From the NCBI GenBank assembly GCA_963765765.1, contig CAVXYC010000014.1, positions 224,001 through 288,000 of the forward strand: a DNA stretch of 64,000 bases. The letters are read 5' to 3'. The notes beneath the pieces were generated by a model. It was not told where the DNA came from. It worked only from the letters and a program-made list of their open reading frames with translations, and searched no databases. The DNA comes from an uncultured Chloroflexia bacterium. GTDB taxonomy: Bacteria; Chloroflexota; UBA6077; JACCZL01. A program made the position numbers and the translations under genes. How positions within the stretch are numbered: position 1 is the stretch's first letter; every line of letters starts with the position of its first letter. Below are positions 42,930 through 53,110 of the stretch, in pieces.

Positions 42930-44366
42930 ATGCGTACACTCATACAAGGCGGGTGGATCGTCGGATTCGACGGCGCGCACCATGAGCTTATTCGGGACGG
43001 CGTCGTCGTATACGAAGATGACCGCGTCATCCACGTGGACAAACACTTCGACGGTCAGGTTGACCGAACAATCGATGCACGCGGAAAGCTTGTCTCGCCC
43101 GGCTTTGTGAACTGCCATCTGCATGCGGGCACCAATGCCCCACACGTATTCATGGCGGACCATCTCAAGTCGGATTACTTCGCGAGCAATTTCATCGCCT
43201 ATGCCGCCGGCAAACGCGGCGCCCAGGATGCACGCTCGATGTCCAGGACTGACGTGGAGCAGAAATTCGGCATCTGGGCTGCCATTCGCGGCGGTGCCAC
43301 GACTGTGATGGACGTAGGTACTCGCAATCCGGAAGCCTTCGTAGACATGGTGGACGCGTTGGGCGCCCGCATGTACATGGGCCCCGGCTTCCGGAGCTTT
43401 GAATACGCCTTCGACGAAGAGGGCCGTGTGCACTGGGACGACAATCAGGCCGCAGGCATGAAGGGGCTCGAGCGCGCGGTTGCATTTGCTCAGGAATACA
43501 ACGGCGCCGTCAATGATCGCATCCGCTGCATGCTCTTCCCCGGTCAGCTCGACACGTGCTCAGACGAGCTTCTGCGGGCCACTCGTCGGGCTGCCGATGA
43601 GCACAGCTTACGAATCTCCCTCCACGTGGCCATGAATATGGTGGAGTTCCAGCGTGTCATGCGTGAATATCGCTTGACACCCATTGAATACGTCCAGAGC
43701 ATCGGCTTCCTCGGCCCGGACGTGATCCTGGGCCACTGCGTCTTTCATAACAAACACTCCTGGGCACACTACCCGTACACGGACGACATCAAGATTCTGG
43801 CAGACAGCGGCGCAACGGTGGCTCACGCGCCGTACAAATACGCCAAGATGGGCGTGATGCTGGAGTCGCTCGCCCGCTACCGCGATGCCGGCATCAACGT
43901 GGCCATGGGTACCGACACCTACCCCGAGGACATGATCCACGAGATGCGGGTTGCGGGGATGATGTGTCGATTTGCCGACGGTAGCTTCCGAGTGGGGACG
44001 CCTCACGACGTCTTCGATTGCGCCACGCTCGGAGGCGCGAAGTTTCTTGGCCGAGAGGACCTTGGCCGACTCACTCCTGGCTCCAAAGCGGATCTGCTGA
44101 TCATCGATCAAACCAGGCTGCACTACGGCGCCGTCCGCGATCCGATCAAATCGCTCATCGAGTGCGGTTCGCAGCAGGACATCGTCACCATCGTGGTGGA
44201 CGGCAGGACGCTCTTGGAAGATGGCCAGCCCCAAACGGTGGATGAGGGCGCGCTGCTGCAGGCCGTTCAGGAATCCGGTCAGGCTGTCTGGGACAGCGTA
44301 CCGAGCTGGCATTGGAAAGGCGCGGATGTAGATGAGTTTGTGCCTATGAGCTACTCGGTGCGGTAG
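42930..44366 (+). CDS. Amidohydrolase family protein (TRZ/ATZ chlorohydrolase-like)
   Basis: PGFVNCHLH, SLHVA, LGHC, MGTD, GSKADL. Confidence 0.9.
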   Translation: MRTLIQGGWIVGFDGAHHELIRDGVVVYEDDRVIHVDKHFDGQVDRTIDARGKLVSPGFVNCHLHAGTNAPHVFMADHLKSDYFASNFIAYAAGKRGAQDARSMSRTDVEQKFGIWAAIRGGATTVMDVGTRNPEAFVDMVDALGARMYMGPGFRSFEYAFDEEGRVHWDDNQAAGMKGLERAVAFAQEYNGAVNDRIRCMLFPGQLDTCSDELLRATRRAADEHSLRISLHVAMNMVEFQRVMREYRLTPIEYVQSIGFLGPDVILGHCVFHNKHSWAHYPYTDDIKILADSGATVAHAPYKYAKMGVMLESLARYRDAGINVAMGTDTYPEDMIHEMRVAGMMCRFADGSFRVGTPHDVFDCATLGGAKFLGREDLGRLTPGSKADLLIIDQTRLHYGAVRDPIKSLIECGSQQDIVTIVVDGRTLLEDGQPQTVDEGALLQAVQESGQAVWDSVPSWHWKGADVDEFVPMSYSVR

Positions 44367-44469
44367 CCCCGGAGCATTCAACCGGCAATTCCATGGGATT
44401 TGATCCCGGTGTCGGCGTTCGTGGTGCTGGAGAATGGGCGTCGGTGAATCGATCCAGACCCTGGGGCCT

Positions 44470-44540
44470 TGTCATGTTGAGGGCGAAGCATCTCCCGGAC
44501 ATCGGCGCGGCCGTCCGGGGAGTCTTTGCCTTGCTATGAA
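44470..44540. repeat. Third TGTCAT element: intact left arm, decayed right arm
   Basis: tgtcatgttgagggcgaagcatctcccggacatcg matches the arms at 26044 and 26535. Confidence 0.85.
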
Positions 44541-44659
44541 AATAGCACGATGTGTCTGGGCATATCTGCATCATCAGCTGAGCTTCGCTCCGCCCCTTTT
44601 TATCCGCCGGTGGTACCCCAGCGGGGGATCCACACTCCTATGAACGTGTCATCACCGGC

Positions 44660-44890
44660 CGTTGGCCTACCAGTGAGTCCGCCCAGAAGCAGCATCGCCG
44701 TCTGCGGAGCGGCCCGAGCCAACCCCAGCATACCCACCTGCGGCGGGAGAACCTGTGTGCTCGTACATTTGCCAGGCCCTGGCAACCATCGTGACGTGTG
44801 CCCAGGCTAGACAGCACCAGGCCCGAACAGAAAATGCGAAACGGCCTGTGAGGAGCGCCCAGTTCTTCTCGACCTTCGGCCTTAGACCGG
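44660..44890 (-). pseudogene. Degenerate N-terminal fragment of a third MFS paralog
   Basis: TMVARAWQMYEHTGS / PQVGMLGLARAAPQTAMLLLGGL across frames, matching the neighbouring MFS N-termini. Confidence 0.75.
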
Positions 44891-44920
44891 ACTCATCGGA
44901 TGGGTACACGCCAATACCTA

Positions 44921-46087
44921 TCATCGGGCGGGAGTGAAATGTCGAAAATCGTAAGTTCGAATACGTGCTGGCAGAGCAGCCAGCGCGCAAACCAGAAGCA
45001 CGATAATGCCACCGCTCACTCCCGACGCAACGGGCCCCAGGGACTCAGCCACAAGGCCGGAGCGAAACTGCCCGAGCTGTGGGCCGCTGCTCGTAAAGAT
45101 CGAGTTCACCGACATCACACGTCCACGCAACGCGTCAGTGACACTGAGCTGATTGATTGTTCCTCGTACAACGGCGCTGAACGTATCACCCGCTCCGGTG
45201 ATTGCCAGGAATAGCACTGACATCCAGAATACGGTGGAGACAGAGAATAGGACCGTGCCAACGCCGAAGACGACGAGTCCAAGGATGACACACAACCCGG
45301 GCTTGCGCACTTGTCCAATCACGCTGAGAGCCACTGCGACCACAAGTGAACCGGTGGCGCTGGCCGCGTAAAGCAGTCCGAGTCCAGCGGGTCCCACGCT
45401 GAGGATGTCGCGCGCGTACACCGGCAGAAGGGCGCGAGGCGTTCCGAAGAGGTTGGCCACCAGGTCTAGCCCCAGGAGTAACGCAATGACGGGATGATGC
45501 CAAACAAACGCGAGTCCCTCTCCAAGGGCCCCGAACGACACAGTGCCCCTCACAACACTCTTGTCAGCCTTCTGCACGACAATGAGCACGGCCGCCAGCA
45601 TTGCAAACCAGGAGCAAGCGTCCGCCGCGTAACACCAAGCTGGGCTGGAAAATGCGAGCAGCAGACCGGCCAATGATGGCCCGAGAATCGTAGCGACCTT
45701 ATTTTGACTGACGTTTAGGGCTAAGGCACTAGCGAGCGCGGAGCGCGGCACCAGAGTAAGCACTAGCGATTGACGGGTTGGATTCTCCATTGCCGTGCAA
45801 AGCGCTAGAAATATGGTTGCGAGATAGAGCAATGTGGGCGTGGCGCTGCCCGACGCGGTAAGCAAAGCCAATGACAGCGAGATACAGCATTGAGCGACCT
45901 GCAGGGTCATCAGCATCCGACGGCGGTCGATTGCGTCCGCGAGCAGGCCACCAAGGAGCAGCATGCATGATTGCGGAATCGCCCGAGCGAGTCCGATCAT
46001 GCCAACCTGGAGCGGCGAGTCGGTAAGCTCGTACATCTGCCAGGCCATGGCAACGAGCGTGAACTGGCTGCCCAGTCCAGATAGCAC
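44921..46087 (-). CDS. MFS transporter (EntS/DHA3-like); true start upstream, about 46200
   Basis: GGLLADAIDRRR, LRGRVMS, multiple TM segments. Confidence 0.9.
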   Translation of the reverse strand: MLSGLGSQFTLVAMAWQMYELTDSPLQVGMIGLARAIPQSCMLLLGGLLADAIDRRRMLMTLQVAQCCISLSLALLTASGSATPTLLYLATIFLALCTAMENPTRQSLVLTLVPRSALASALALNVSQNKVATILGPSLAGLLLAFSSPAWCYAADACSWFAMLAAVLIVVQKADKSVVRGTVSFGALGEGLAFVWHHPVIALLLGLDLVANLFGTPRALLPVYARDILSVGPAGLGLLYAASATGSLVVAVALSVIGQVRKPGLCVILGLVVFGVGTVLFSVSTVFWMSVLFLAITGAGDTFSAVVRGTINQLSVTDALRGRVMSVNSIFTSSGPQLGQFRSGLVAESLGPVASGVSGGIIVLLVCALAALPARIRTYDFRHFTPAR

Positions 46088-46225
46088 GGCGCCCGACCAG
46101 AAGATTCGAAATCGACGATGCAGGAGCGCTGCCGGCAGCCTCTTTTTCTTCTGAGGCGCGCTTGCTCCTGCTACGTCAATGGTTCCTTGTGTCAGTTTCT
46201 CGCCTTGCCTTCCACTCGAGCGCGT

Positions 46226-47392
46226 CTACGATACCCTCGTTGGCTTCAGCTCGAACTTCCTCAGCAATGGATAGGCGAGCAGCACGCCCGCGGCGCCCAG
46301 CACCACAACGCCGCCGCTGAACGCGGCGGCCTCGGCCCCCCACCGTTGCGCTACTGCGCCCGCCCGGAACTGGCCCATCGCCGGTCCGCCGTTCGAGAAC
46401 AGCGCGTTAACCGACCAGACGCGGCCACGCAGGTTATCGGGAGTGCTGAGCTGATTGATGGTCCCGCGCATCACCGCCGCCAGCGTGTCTCCAACGCCAG
46501 CAATGCCCAGACCAATCAATGCCAGCCAGAAGACGGGCGACACAGCGAAGACCATATTGCCAACCGCGAACACCACAAACCCGATGATGAAGCCGAGCCC
46601 CGCGCGGCGAATTTGAGGACGCGTGCTGATGACCGTGGCAGCGATCAACGCGCCGGTGGCTTCCGCCGCGTAAAGCATGCCGAGGCCCGTTGGCCCCACT
46701 CCAAGAATGTCGCGTGCATAGACGGGCAGGAGCGCTTGCGGGGTCCCGAAGAAAGTCACCACGAAGTCTGACAGGACCGTCGTTCTGATGATCGGATTGG
46801 TCCAAACAAACGAGATTCCCTCGTGCAGCGCACCGAGCGTCACGCCGCCACGACCGCTTGTGATCGCGCTCGCGGGCCGAATCATGAAGAGTGCACTGAG
46901 CATGACGCACCACGAAACAGCGTCGCAGGCATAGCACCAAACCGGGCCCGCAACACCCAGCAGCACGCCAGCCAGGGATGGGCCCAGGATGGCTCCCGCA
47001 GATCGCTGCGTACCATTGAGCGCTAGCGCACTCGAGAGATCGTCGGCCGGAACAAGGTTGGGAACAATCGCCTGGCGTGCTGGGGTCTCGAGCGCATTGA
47101 ACAGCGCCAGTGCCGCGGCGCAGATGTACAACGTCAGCGGCGATACCAGGCCCAGCACGGACGTCGCGAGTAGGCTCAAAGAAACCAGGAGCTGCCCGCC
47201 CTGAGTGAGGGACAAAAGCCGACGGCGGTCAAACGCATCCGCCAGCAGTCCGCCGAAGAGCATCATCGCCATGGAGGGCAGTGCACGCGAGAGACCAATG
47301 AGGCCCACCTGCAACGGCGAGTCAGTGAGCTCGTACATCTGCCAGGCCATGGCGACAACGGTGAACTGGCTGCCCATGCTGGACAGCGCCAA
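46226..47392 (-). CDS. MFS transporter (paralog of the neighbour); true start upstream, about 47445
   Basis: HRDFRLFW upstream in frame, GGLLADAFDRRR, TPDNLRGRV. Confidence 0.9.
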   Translation of the reverse strand: MALSSMGSQFTVVAMAWQMYELTDSPLQVGLIGLSRALPSMAMMLFGGLLADAFDRRRLLSLTQGGQLLVSLSLLATSVLGLVSPLTLYICAAALALFNALETPARQAIVPNLVPADDLSSALALNGTQRSAGAILGPSLAGVLLGVAGPVWCYACDAVSWCVMLSALFMIRPASAITSGRGGVTLGALHEGISFVWTNPIIRTTVLSDFVVTFFGTPQALLPVYARDILGVGPTGLGMLYAAEATGALIAATVISTRPQIRRAGLGFIIGFVVFAVGNMVFAVSPVFWLALIGLGIAGVGDTLAAVMRGTINQLSTPDNLRGRVWSVNALFSNGGPAMGQFRAGAVAQRWGAEAAAFSGGVVVLGAAGVLLAYPLLRKFELKPTRVS

Positions 47393-47486
47393 TCCTGACC
47401 AGAACAGCCGAAAGTCGCGATGCCGAAAGGCCGGGGGGAGTGTCAGAAGTGCGTCTCCTTCTGACTGTCCCCCGAGTGCGGCACGA

Positions 47487-48674
47487 TTAGCTGATAGCCC
47501 GCTTGACCACGTCCACGTTCTTCTTGATCATCTCGTACTCAATCTTCTTGCGGGCCGTGAAGGTTTCGCTGTTCATCGCGACGATGTCGGGCTCCACGCC
47601 GGTCTGCTTTGCCCATGCGAGGAACTCCGGGTCCGCAAGCGCGTTCAGCGTCGCCTGCTCCAGAACCTTCACGCGGTCAGCCGGCGTGTTCTTGACAACT
47701 GAGAAGCCGACAATTTGGCCACCCATGGAGACCAGCTCGTCCGCATTTGGAAGTCCGGCCTCGCGCGGGGTTGGGGCATCGGGGATGAGCGGGTCGCGGG
47801 CGTCCTTGAGTACCAGGAGCGAGCGAATATCACCGGAGTCAACGAATTGCGAGGTTGACGAGATTGGCTGGAACACATGCAGGTCCAGATCGCCCCTCAC
47901 CATTGCCGGAACAAGGTCGCCTGTCCCGCCGAAGCCGCCCACGTGGACCACGTTCTTGAGACCGATCAGCTCCGCAAAAACGGCGTTACTCGGGAGGAAA
48001 CCACCGATTCCGTTGTTGCCCATGCGGATCCGCTCGCCGGCCTTGTCCGCCGCTACGACGTCCGCGATGGTCTTGAACTTCGAGTCCTTTCCGGTACCCA
48101 CGTAGGGAAGCTGCTGGCGAATACCAGTCACCCAGATCCAGGTGGTCAGATCAAAGCCCTCCGCGGGGTCGATAAACGTGCTCAGATAGATGTTCTGGTC
48201 GCCAACGAACATGATGGTGTGGCCGTCCGCGGGCGCCTGCTCAAACTGACGCGCAGCGATGCGCTGGTTGCCACCAGGCACGTTCTTCACTACTACTGCT
48301 TGGCCCAGTTGACGGCCCAACGGAGTGGAGAGCTGCCGAGCCACCGCGTCATAGCCGCCTCCTGGCGGGTAGGGAATAATGATCTCGATAGGCTTCGTTG
48401 GGAAGTCAGCCAGTTTTGCGACGGGTTTGGGCACATTGGCCGCCGCCGCTGCGGGCGCCGCGGCGGCAGGAGAGGCAGCGGGTGACGCAGCCGCCCCGGG
48501 TGATGCGGCTACCGCCGGTGACGCCGCGGCGGCCGGCTTAGCCGCGGGGGATGCCTCGGTCTTAGGCGCGGCCGTTGGTGATGGCGTGGCAGCGGGGGAA
48601 CATGCGAGCAACAGTGCCCCCAATCCCATGGCCAGTACGCTCTGAACGCGAGACCGCGTTACGCTAATGCTCAT
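47487..48674 (-). CDS. Bug/TctC tripartite tricarboxylate transporter substrate-binding lipoprotein
   Basis: LLLAC lipobox, Ala/Pro linker, FPTKPIEIIIPYPPGGGYD, NVPGG, PADGHT. Confidence 0.88.
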   Translation of the reverse strand: MSISVTRSRVQSVLAMGLGALLLACSPAATPSPTAAPKTEASPAAKPAAAASPAVAASPGAAASPAASPAAAAPAAAAANVPKPVAKLADFPTKPIEIIIPYPPGGGYDAVARQLSTPLGRQLGQAVVVKNVPGGNQRIAARQFEQAPADGHTIMFVGDQNIYLSTFIDPAEGFDLTTWIWVTGIRQQLPYVGTGKDSKFKTIADVVAADKAGERIRMGNNGIGGFLPSNAVFAELIGLKNVVHVGGFGGTGDLVPAMVRGDLDLHVFQPISSTSQFVDSGDIRSLLVLKDARDPLIPDAPTPREAGLPNADELVSMGGQIVGFSVVKNTPADRVKVLEQATLNALADPEFLAWAKQTGVEPDIVAMNSETFTARKKIEYEMIKKNVDVVKRAIS

Positions 48675-48824
48675 CTCAGTCAGACCTCCACTTCGCTCCC
48701 GACCACGGCAACAGGCCTGGTCACTGGTTGAACGCTTCACGCGGGCTACCGCGTGAAGCAGGGCCAACGTACCGAGAAACAGAAGCTGGACGGGACAGGT
48801 ATCACCCCGCCAGCCGAATGACCG

Positions 48825-49884
48825 CTATCGTAGCGCGGGCATGACGTGCGATGCGAAGAGCTCCATCGACCGCCGTGTCTTGGCGTCTGAGATGCCGCCG
48901 AAATTCATCCAGCAGACCATCTCTCCCACGCCTGCCTCTTGCAGCTCGCGAGCCTTGCCGGCAACGGTTTCCGGAGAGCCGATGACGAGTGGCCCCGCGA
49001 GCAGATCCTCCCACTTGTGCGAGCGGAGATTGGCGATGAAGCTTTCCGCCTGTTTTCGGATCTCTGGATCCAGATTGGTCCACTTTGCGGGGCTCATCGA
49101 ACGTGCCATCGAATCCAGGAACCACATCTCGGCATCTCTGGCATCCGCCTGTGCCTCAGCGTCCGTGGGTGCTACGTACACGTGCTTCGTGACGGTCCAC
49201 TGATCCAACAAACGCCGGCGCTCATCCGGCGAGTGGTGTTTCTGGAGCTCCTCGCCGTAAATTTGGAGACTTTCCTTATTACGGCTCAGCGGCGTGTGTA
49301 GACCCGAGCTCAGCATGCGGAGGCCGTGGCGAGCTGCCCATCGAATGGAGTCCTCACTGGTGACTGCCATGGCTAGCGGCGGATGTGGCCGTGAATCCGG
49401 CTTCGGGTGCACGGGTATCCCGGGAATGGTCCAGTGCCGCCCCTCGAAATGCACTTCGTCCTTGGTCCAGGCCTGCATGGCGATCTCCATGGCCTCTTCC
49501 AGGCGCGTGCGGCTCTCCTTCTGAGGGATTCGGTAGCCCATGAATTCCGTGGGGCGATTCCCGCGGCCGATGCCCACGATGAACCGGCCGCTGCCGATGA
49601 TGTCCAGCGTGGCCATCTCCTCGGCGAAGCGGATCGGATCATGAAATGGCAGCACGTACACGGCGAGCCCAACCTTCAGTGTCGTTGTCCGACTCAAGAC
49701 CGCGGAGGCGAGAACGCTGGGAGACGCGGAGAGGCCATAGTCGGCGAAGTGGTGCTCTGTCAGCCAAACGGTGTCGTATCCCAGACGATTCCGCATAGAC
49801 CATCTGCTCTACCTCAGTGCGGATAATCTCCGCTTCCGAGGCGCCTTCAGGCCGCTGCAGGAAGTAGTACATTCCGAATTTCAT
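48825..49884 (-). CDS. LLM class flavin-dependent oxidoreductase (frameshift near 49785)
   Basis: MKFGMYYF...; GYDTVWLTEHHF, AEEMATLD, PHPP. Confidence 0.9.
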
Positions 49885-49930
49885 CGTGTCTCCTGAACCG
49901 TTCGACTAGGTTGCGATCCCCTCAGGCCGG

Positions 49931-50014
49931 TGTCATCTTGAGCGCAGCGAAGGATCTTCCCTGCCGAACTTGATGGACAGCGTTGGGAAGATCCTTCGTG
50001 CGCTCGGGATGGCA
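49931..50014. repeat. TGTCAT-tagged element, related subfamily
   Basis: tgtcatcttgagcgcagcgaaggatcttccc...gggaagatccttcgtgcgctcgggatggca. Confidence 0.85.
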
Positions 50015-50062
50015 GCTTAACCGGCCCGTTGATTCGACTATTGGATTGACAGTAGCCAATTA

Positions 50063-50842
50063 CTAGACGTACGCGCCGCCATTAATGGCGATGATCTGCC
50101 CGGTAATGTACCGAGCCTGATCCGACGCGAGGAAGACACACATCGCGGCGATCTCATCTGGGTGTCCCTGGCGGCCGATCGGCACCACACGGCTCTGACG
50201 ATGCGCCGGCCTGGCGCCACCGGCGGATTCTCCGCGCACGGTATCTATTGTGCCGGGGGACACTCCATTCACAGTGATGCCTCGATCCGCGTACTCAATG
50301 GCCAGCGCTTTGGTAAACCCGATGATCCCGGACTTCGCCGTAATGACGTGAGCCCGCTGCGCAGCCCCGGTGTGGGCCGTGAGGCCCACGAGGTTGATGA
50401 TGGTCCCCGAGCTGGCCGAGATCATCCTGCCAATCACTGCCTGCGCACAGAAAAACGCGCCGTCCAGCGTCACGCCGATCGCTTCATGCCACAGCTCCAC
50501 CGGCAGCTCTTCGAACGAGGCTTCCTTGCGCACTGCCGCGTTGTTCACCAGCACATTGATCGGCCCGAGCGACTCGACGGCGGCTTCTACCATGCTAATG
50601 ACAGCAGCCTGGTCCCGCACATCCGCTACAGCCACGTGAGCTCGCCTTCCGCGCGATCGCACCTCATCAGCCAGGCGCTCAGCCTCGCCGGCACTGCTAT
50701 GCGCGTGAATGACCACGTCTGCACCCGAATCGGCGTAGGCAATGGTAATAGCCCGGCCGATATTGTGAGCCGCACCAGTAACGAGCGCGACTCGGCCTTT
50801 GAGCGGCTCAGCGCCGAGAAGTGGTCCTGGCGATTCAGGCAT
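50063..50842 (-). CDS. SDR oxidoreductase (atypical, catalytic Tyr replaced)
   Basis: TGAAHNIG, NNAA, HVITAK instead of YxxxK. Confidence 0.88.
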   Translation of the reverse strand: MPESPGPLLGAEPLKGRVALVTGAAHNIGRAITIAYADSGADVVIHAHSSAGEAERLADEVRSRGRRAHVAVADVRDQAAVISMVEAAVESLGPINVLVNNAAVRKEASFEELPVELWHEAIGVTLDGAFFCAQAVIGRMISASSGTIINLVGLTAHTGAAQRAHVITAKSGIIGFTKALAIEYADRGITVNGVSPGTIDTVRGESAGGARPAHRQSRVVPIGRQGHPDEIAAMCVFLASDQARYITGQIIAINGGAYV

Positions 50843-50845
50843 TGA

Positions 50846-51784
50846 TCAGCCTCCGCTGGGCAGTTCTCTGTATCCCGAGAATGAGAGCTCTGTTGCGAGA
50901 TCGCGGACACGAGCGCCAAGGCGAGCGATTCGTGCGCCCGATAGGCGCTCACTCGGCGCCACCACTCCGATCGCGGCGATAGAGAGCGGGCTTCCAAAGA
51001 CGAGCCACGATGAAACGCCAGTCACACCTACGATGGAGTCCTGTTCGTCAACCGCGTATCCTCGTTGCCTGGTACGTTGGATCGCCTGCTGGATCTGCCC
51101 GGTTTCAATGAGCTGCCGTTCTTCAGGACCTCGTCGAGCATACCCGTCCAGCACTCGGTTGAGCTCCCCTGGCGTTAGGGCGGCAAGCAACGCCTTACCC
51201 TGGGGGCCTGGGGGGACCAGCGGTCGACGCCCATCAAGCGGGCGCACTCCGAGGGCGTGAGTCGGAGTGCGCGAGTCGACTGCCACAACTTCGGACGTAT
51301 CCATGTCCGCGCGCGAGAGGATGACCGTCTCGCCAGTCTCGGCAGAAAGCGTCTCGATAGCACTGCTGGCCAGGGTTGTAAGCGAGATACGATTTCGCGC
51401 AATCATGCCGAGCTCGTACACGCGAAAGCCGAGCTCATACCGGCCATCGACGGTGCGCTGCACGAGACCCCGCGAGATGAGCGATCTGATGAGACGATGG
51501 GCTGTCGGCTTGGGCAATGAACAGCTCTCGGCGATCTCGCCCAGCGTGAGTACCGGTTGACGATGCGTGAACGCCAGCAGGATGTCCGCGGCTCGGTCAA
51601 CTGATTGCGCGCCCCCAAGACTCCCTCGTGAAGGGCTGGGCGAAGGCACCGGGGACGCACGCGATGAGCGATGCTCGCTCACGGCTCTTGGTCCGACCAA
51701 GGAGCGGCTTCTGGAGTCGCGGATATCGTCACCGCCGCTCTCCGAACCAGCTACGGTGGATGAGCTTTTGTGCTTCACTGTCAT
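50846..51784 (-). CDS. IclR family transcriptional regulator (start uncertain)
   Basis: QSVDRAADIL, LPKPTAHRLI, TGETV, GKALLA, RGYAVD. Confidence 0.9.
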   Translation of the reverse strand: MTVKHKSSSTVAGSESGGDDIRDSRSRSLVGPRAVSEHRSSRASPVPSPSPSRGSLGGAQSVDRAADILLAFTHRQPVLTLGEIAESCSLPKPTAHRLIRSLISRGLVQRTVDGRYELGFRVYELGMIARNRISLTTLASSAIETLSAETGETVILSRADMDTSEVVAVDSRTPTHALGVRPLDGRRPLVPPGPQGKALLAALTPGELNRVLDGYARRGPEERQLIETGQIQQAIQRTRQRGYAVDEQDSIVGVTGVSSWLVFGSPLSIAAIGVVAPSERLSGARIARLGARVRDLATELSFSGYRELPSGG

Positions 51785-51990
51785 CACGGCAACGAGTATA
51801 GCGCCGCCGGAAACGGTTCGGGACATCGAGTATTTCGGCTAATCTCTCGAAACCTCAGGCGCTGGTGAGACATCGGAATTCAAGCAAATTGGACTGGACT
51901 ACCCACCAAATGGTTCATCGGGCACACGGCTTGCAACTCCGCTCGTCACTTTCTCGTCTAACTAAACGCGAACAACGCACGGAGGCGGCA

Positions 51991-52308
51991 ATGACCACCA
52001 ATGAAACACCACCCCAGGGAGAGCCGACCCGCAAGAACTGGCAGGAGGAGCTCAACGCTACAGGCGATGAGCTGATCAATCGCGTCAAGGGAGTTGTAAC
52101 AGAGGGCAACGTCCGTCGAATCATCATCAAGCAGGAGGACCGTACCCTGGTAGAGCTGCCACTCACCATTGGAGTCGTAGGCGTCCTGCTTGCCCCGCAG
52201 CTCGCGGCCATCGGCGCAATCGCCGCACTGGTGACCCGCTGCACTATTGCGGTGGAGCGGGAAGGCAGCCACGAAGACAGCAATACTGATTCGTCAAACA
52301 TCCTGTAA
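51991..52308 (+). CDS. DUF4342 domain protein
   Basis: EGNVRRIIIKQ...ELPLTIG...LAAIGAIAALVTRCTIAVER; GGAGG RBS. Confidence 0.85.
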   Translation: MTTNETPPQGEPTRKNWQEELNATGDELINRVKGVVTEGNVRRIIIKQEDRTLVELPLTIGVVGVLLAPQLAAIGAIAALVTRCTIAVEREGSHEDSNTDSSNIL

Positions 52309-52394
52309 GCCCGTCTCGCGAGGAAGCGCTCTGCCTGCTTGGCGACCTGGGGTGGGTTGGCTTCCACTACTGAAGCTAACCCATGAGCTTCCAA

Positions 52395-52982
52395 CTAGTT
52401 AAACCGCCCCGTCAACACGATGTACCCGATGCGCTCGAGCTCACGGAACGTGAGCCGGCGCGTCTCCCGATCATTCCACCAGCCCACTTTCCGCCAGGCG
52501 CTGTCAGGGGCGGACCTTGGAATGATTCGGATGTCTGTCCCCTGCAACACGGACTTAAACGTAAGAGTCGCGCGGTGCAGATGGTAGGGTGAAGTCACCA
52601 GAATCGCGGAGTTCATGCCGTTAGACACCATGATCTGACGCGTGTACACGGCGTTGCCAAATGTGTCCATGGCCTCAGGCTCGAGGAGCATGGCACCTGG
52701 TGGCACTCCGAGCTTCACCGCGGTCATCTCCATCGCGCGCGCGTTTGACAACACACCGTCTTGTGCTGCCCCGGAGAAAATCAGTTTGGGTGCCCAACCG
52801 GCTCTGAAGAGGCGAATCCCCTCGCTGAGCCGCGCCTGGCTCTCGTCGCCGCTGATGACAACAATCACGTCAGCGCGCTCGAGCGGCGGTTGAGGTCCTT
52901 CGAGCAAAAATCCGAAGCCTGTGAGCGCAACAGCGGCGACGACGAATGCGCCAAGACACCCGAGAACCAGTAGACGAAGCAT
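52395..52982 (-). CDS. YdcF/DUF218 family protein
   Basis: ADVIVVISG, IFSG, DTFGNA, LVTSPYHLHRA. Confidence 0.88.
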   Translation of the reverse strand: MLRLLVLGCLGAFVVAAVALTGFGFLLEGPQPPLERADVIVVISGDESQARLSEGIRLFRAGWAPKLIFSGAAQDGVLSNARAMEMTAVKLGVPPGAMLLEPEAMDTFGNAVYTRQIMVSNGMNSAILVTSPYHLHRATLTFKSVLQGTDIRIIPRSAPDSAWRKVGWWNDRETRRLTFRELERIGYIVLTGRFN

Positions 52983-53110
52983 AGTGGAAAGTGCATGTCA
53001 GGGCCGGTGAAGCACCTGTCTTGGCATTGTCATCCAGACGCCCTGGAACTGTAGTATACCGACCGCTTACGCTCATCAATGCAAATGGGCTGAGTGGAGG
53101 ATCGACTCCA

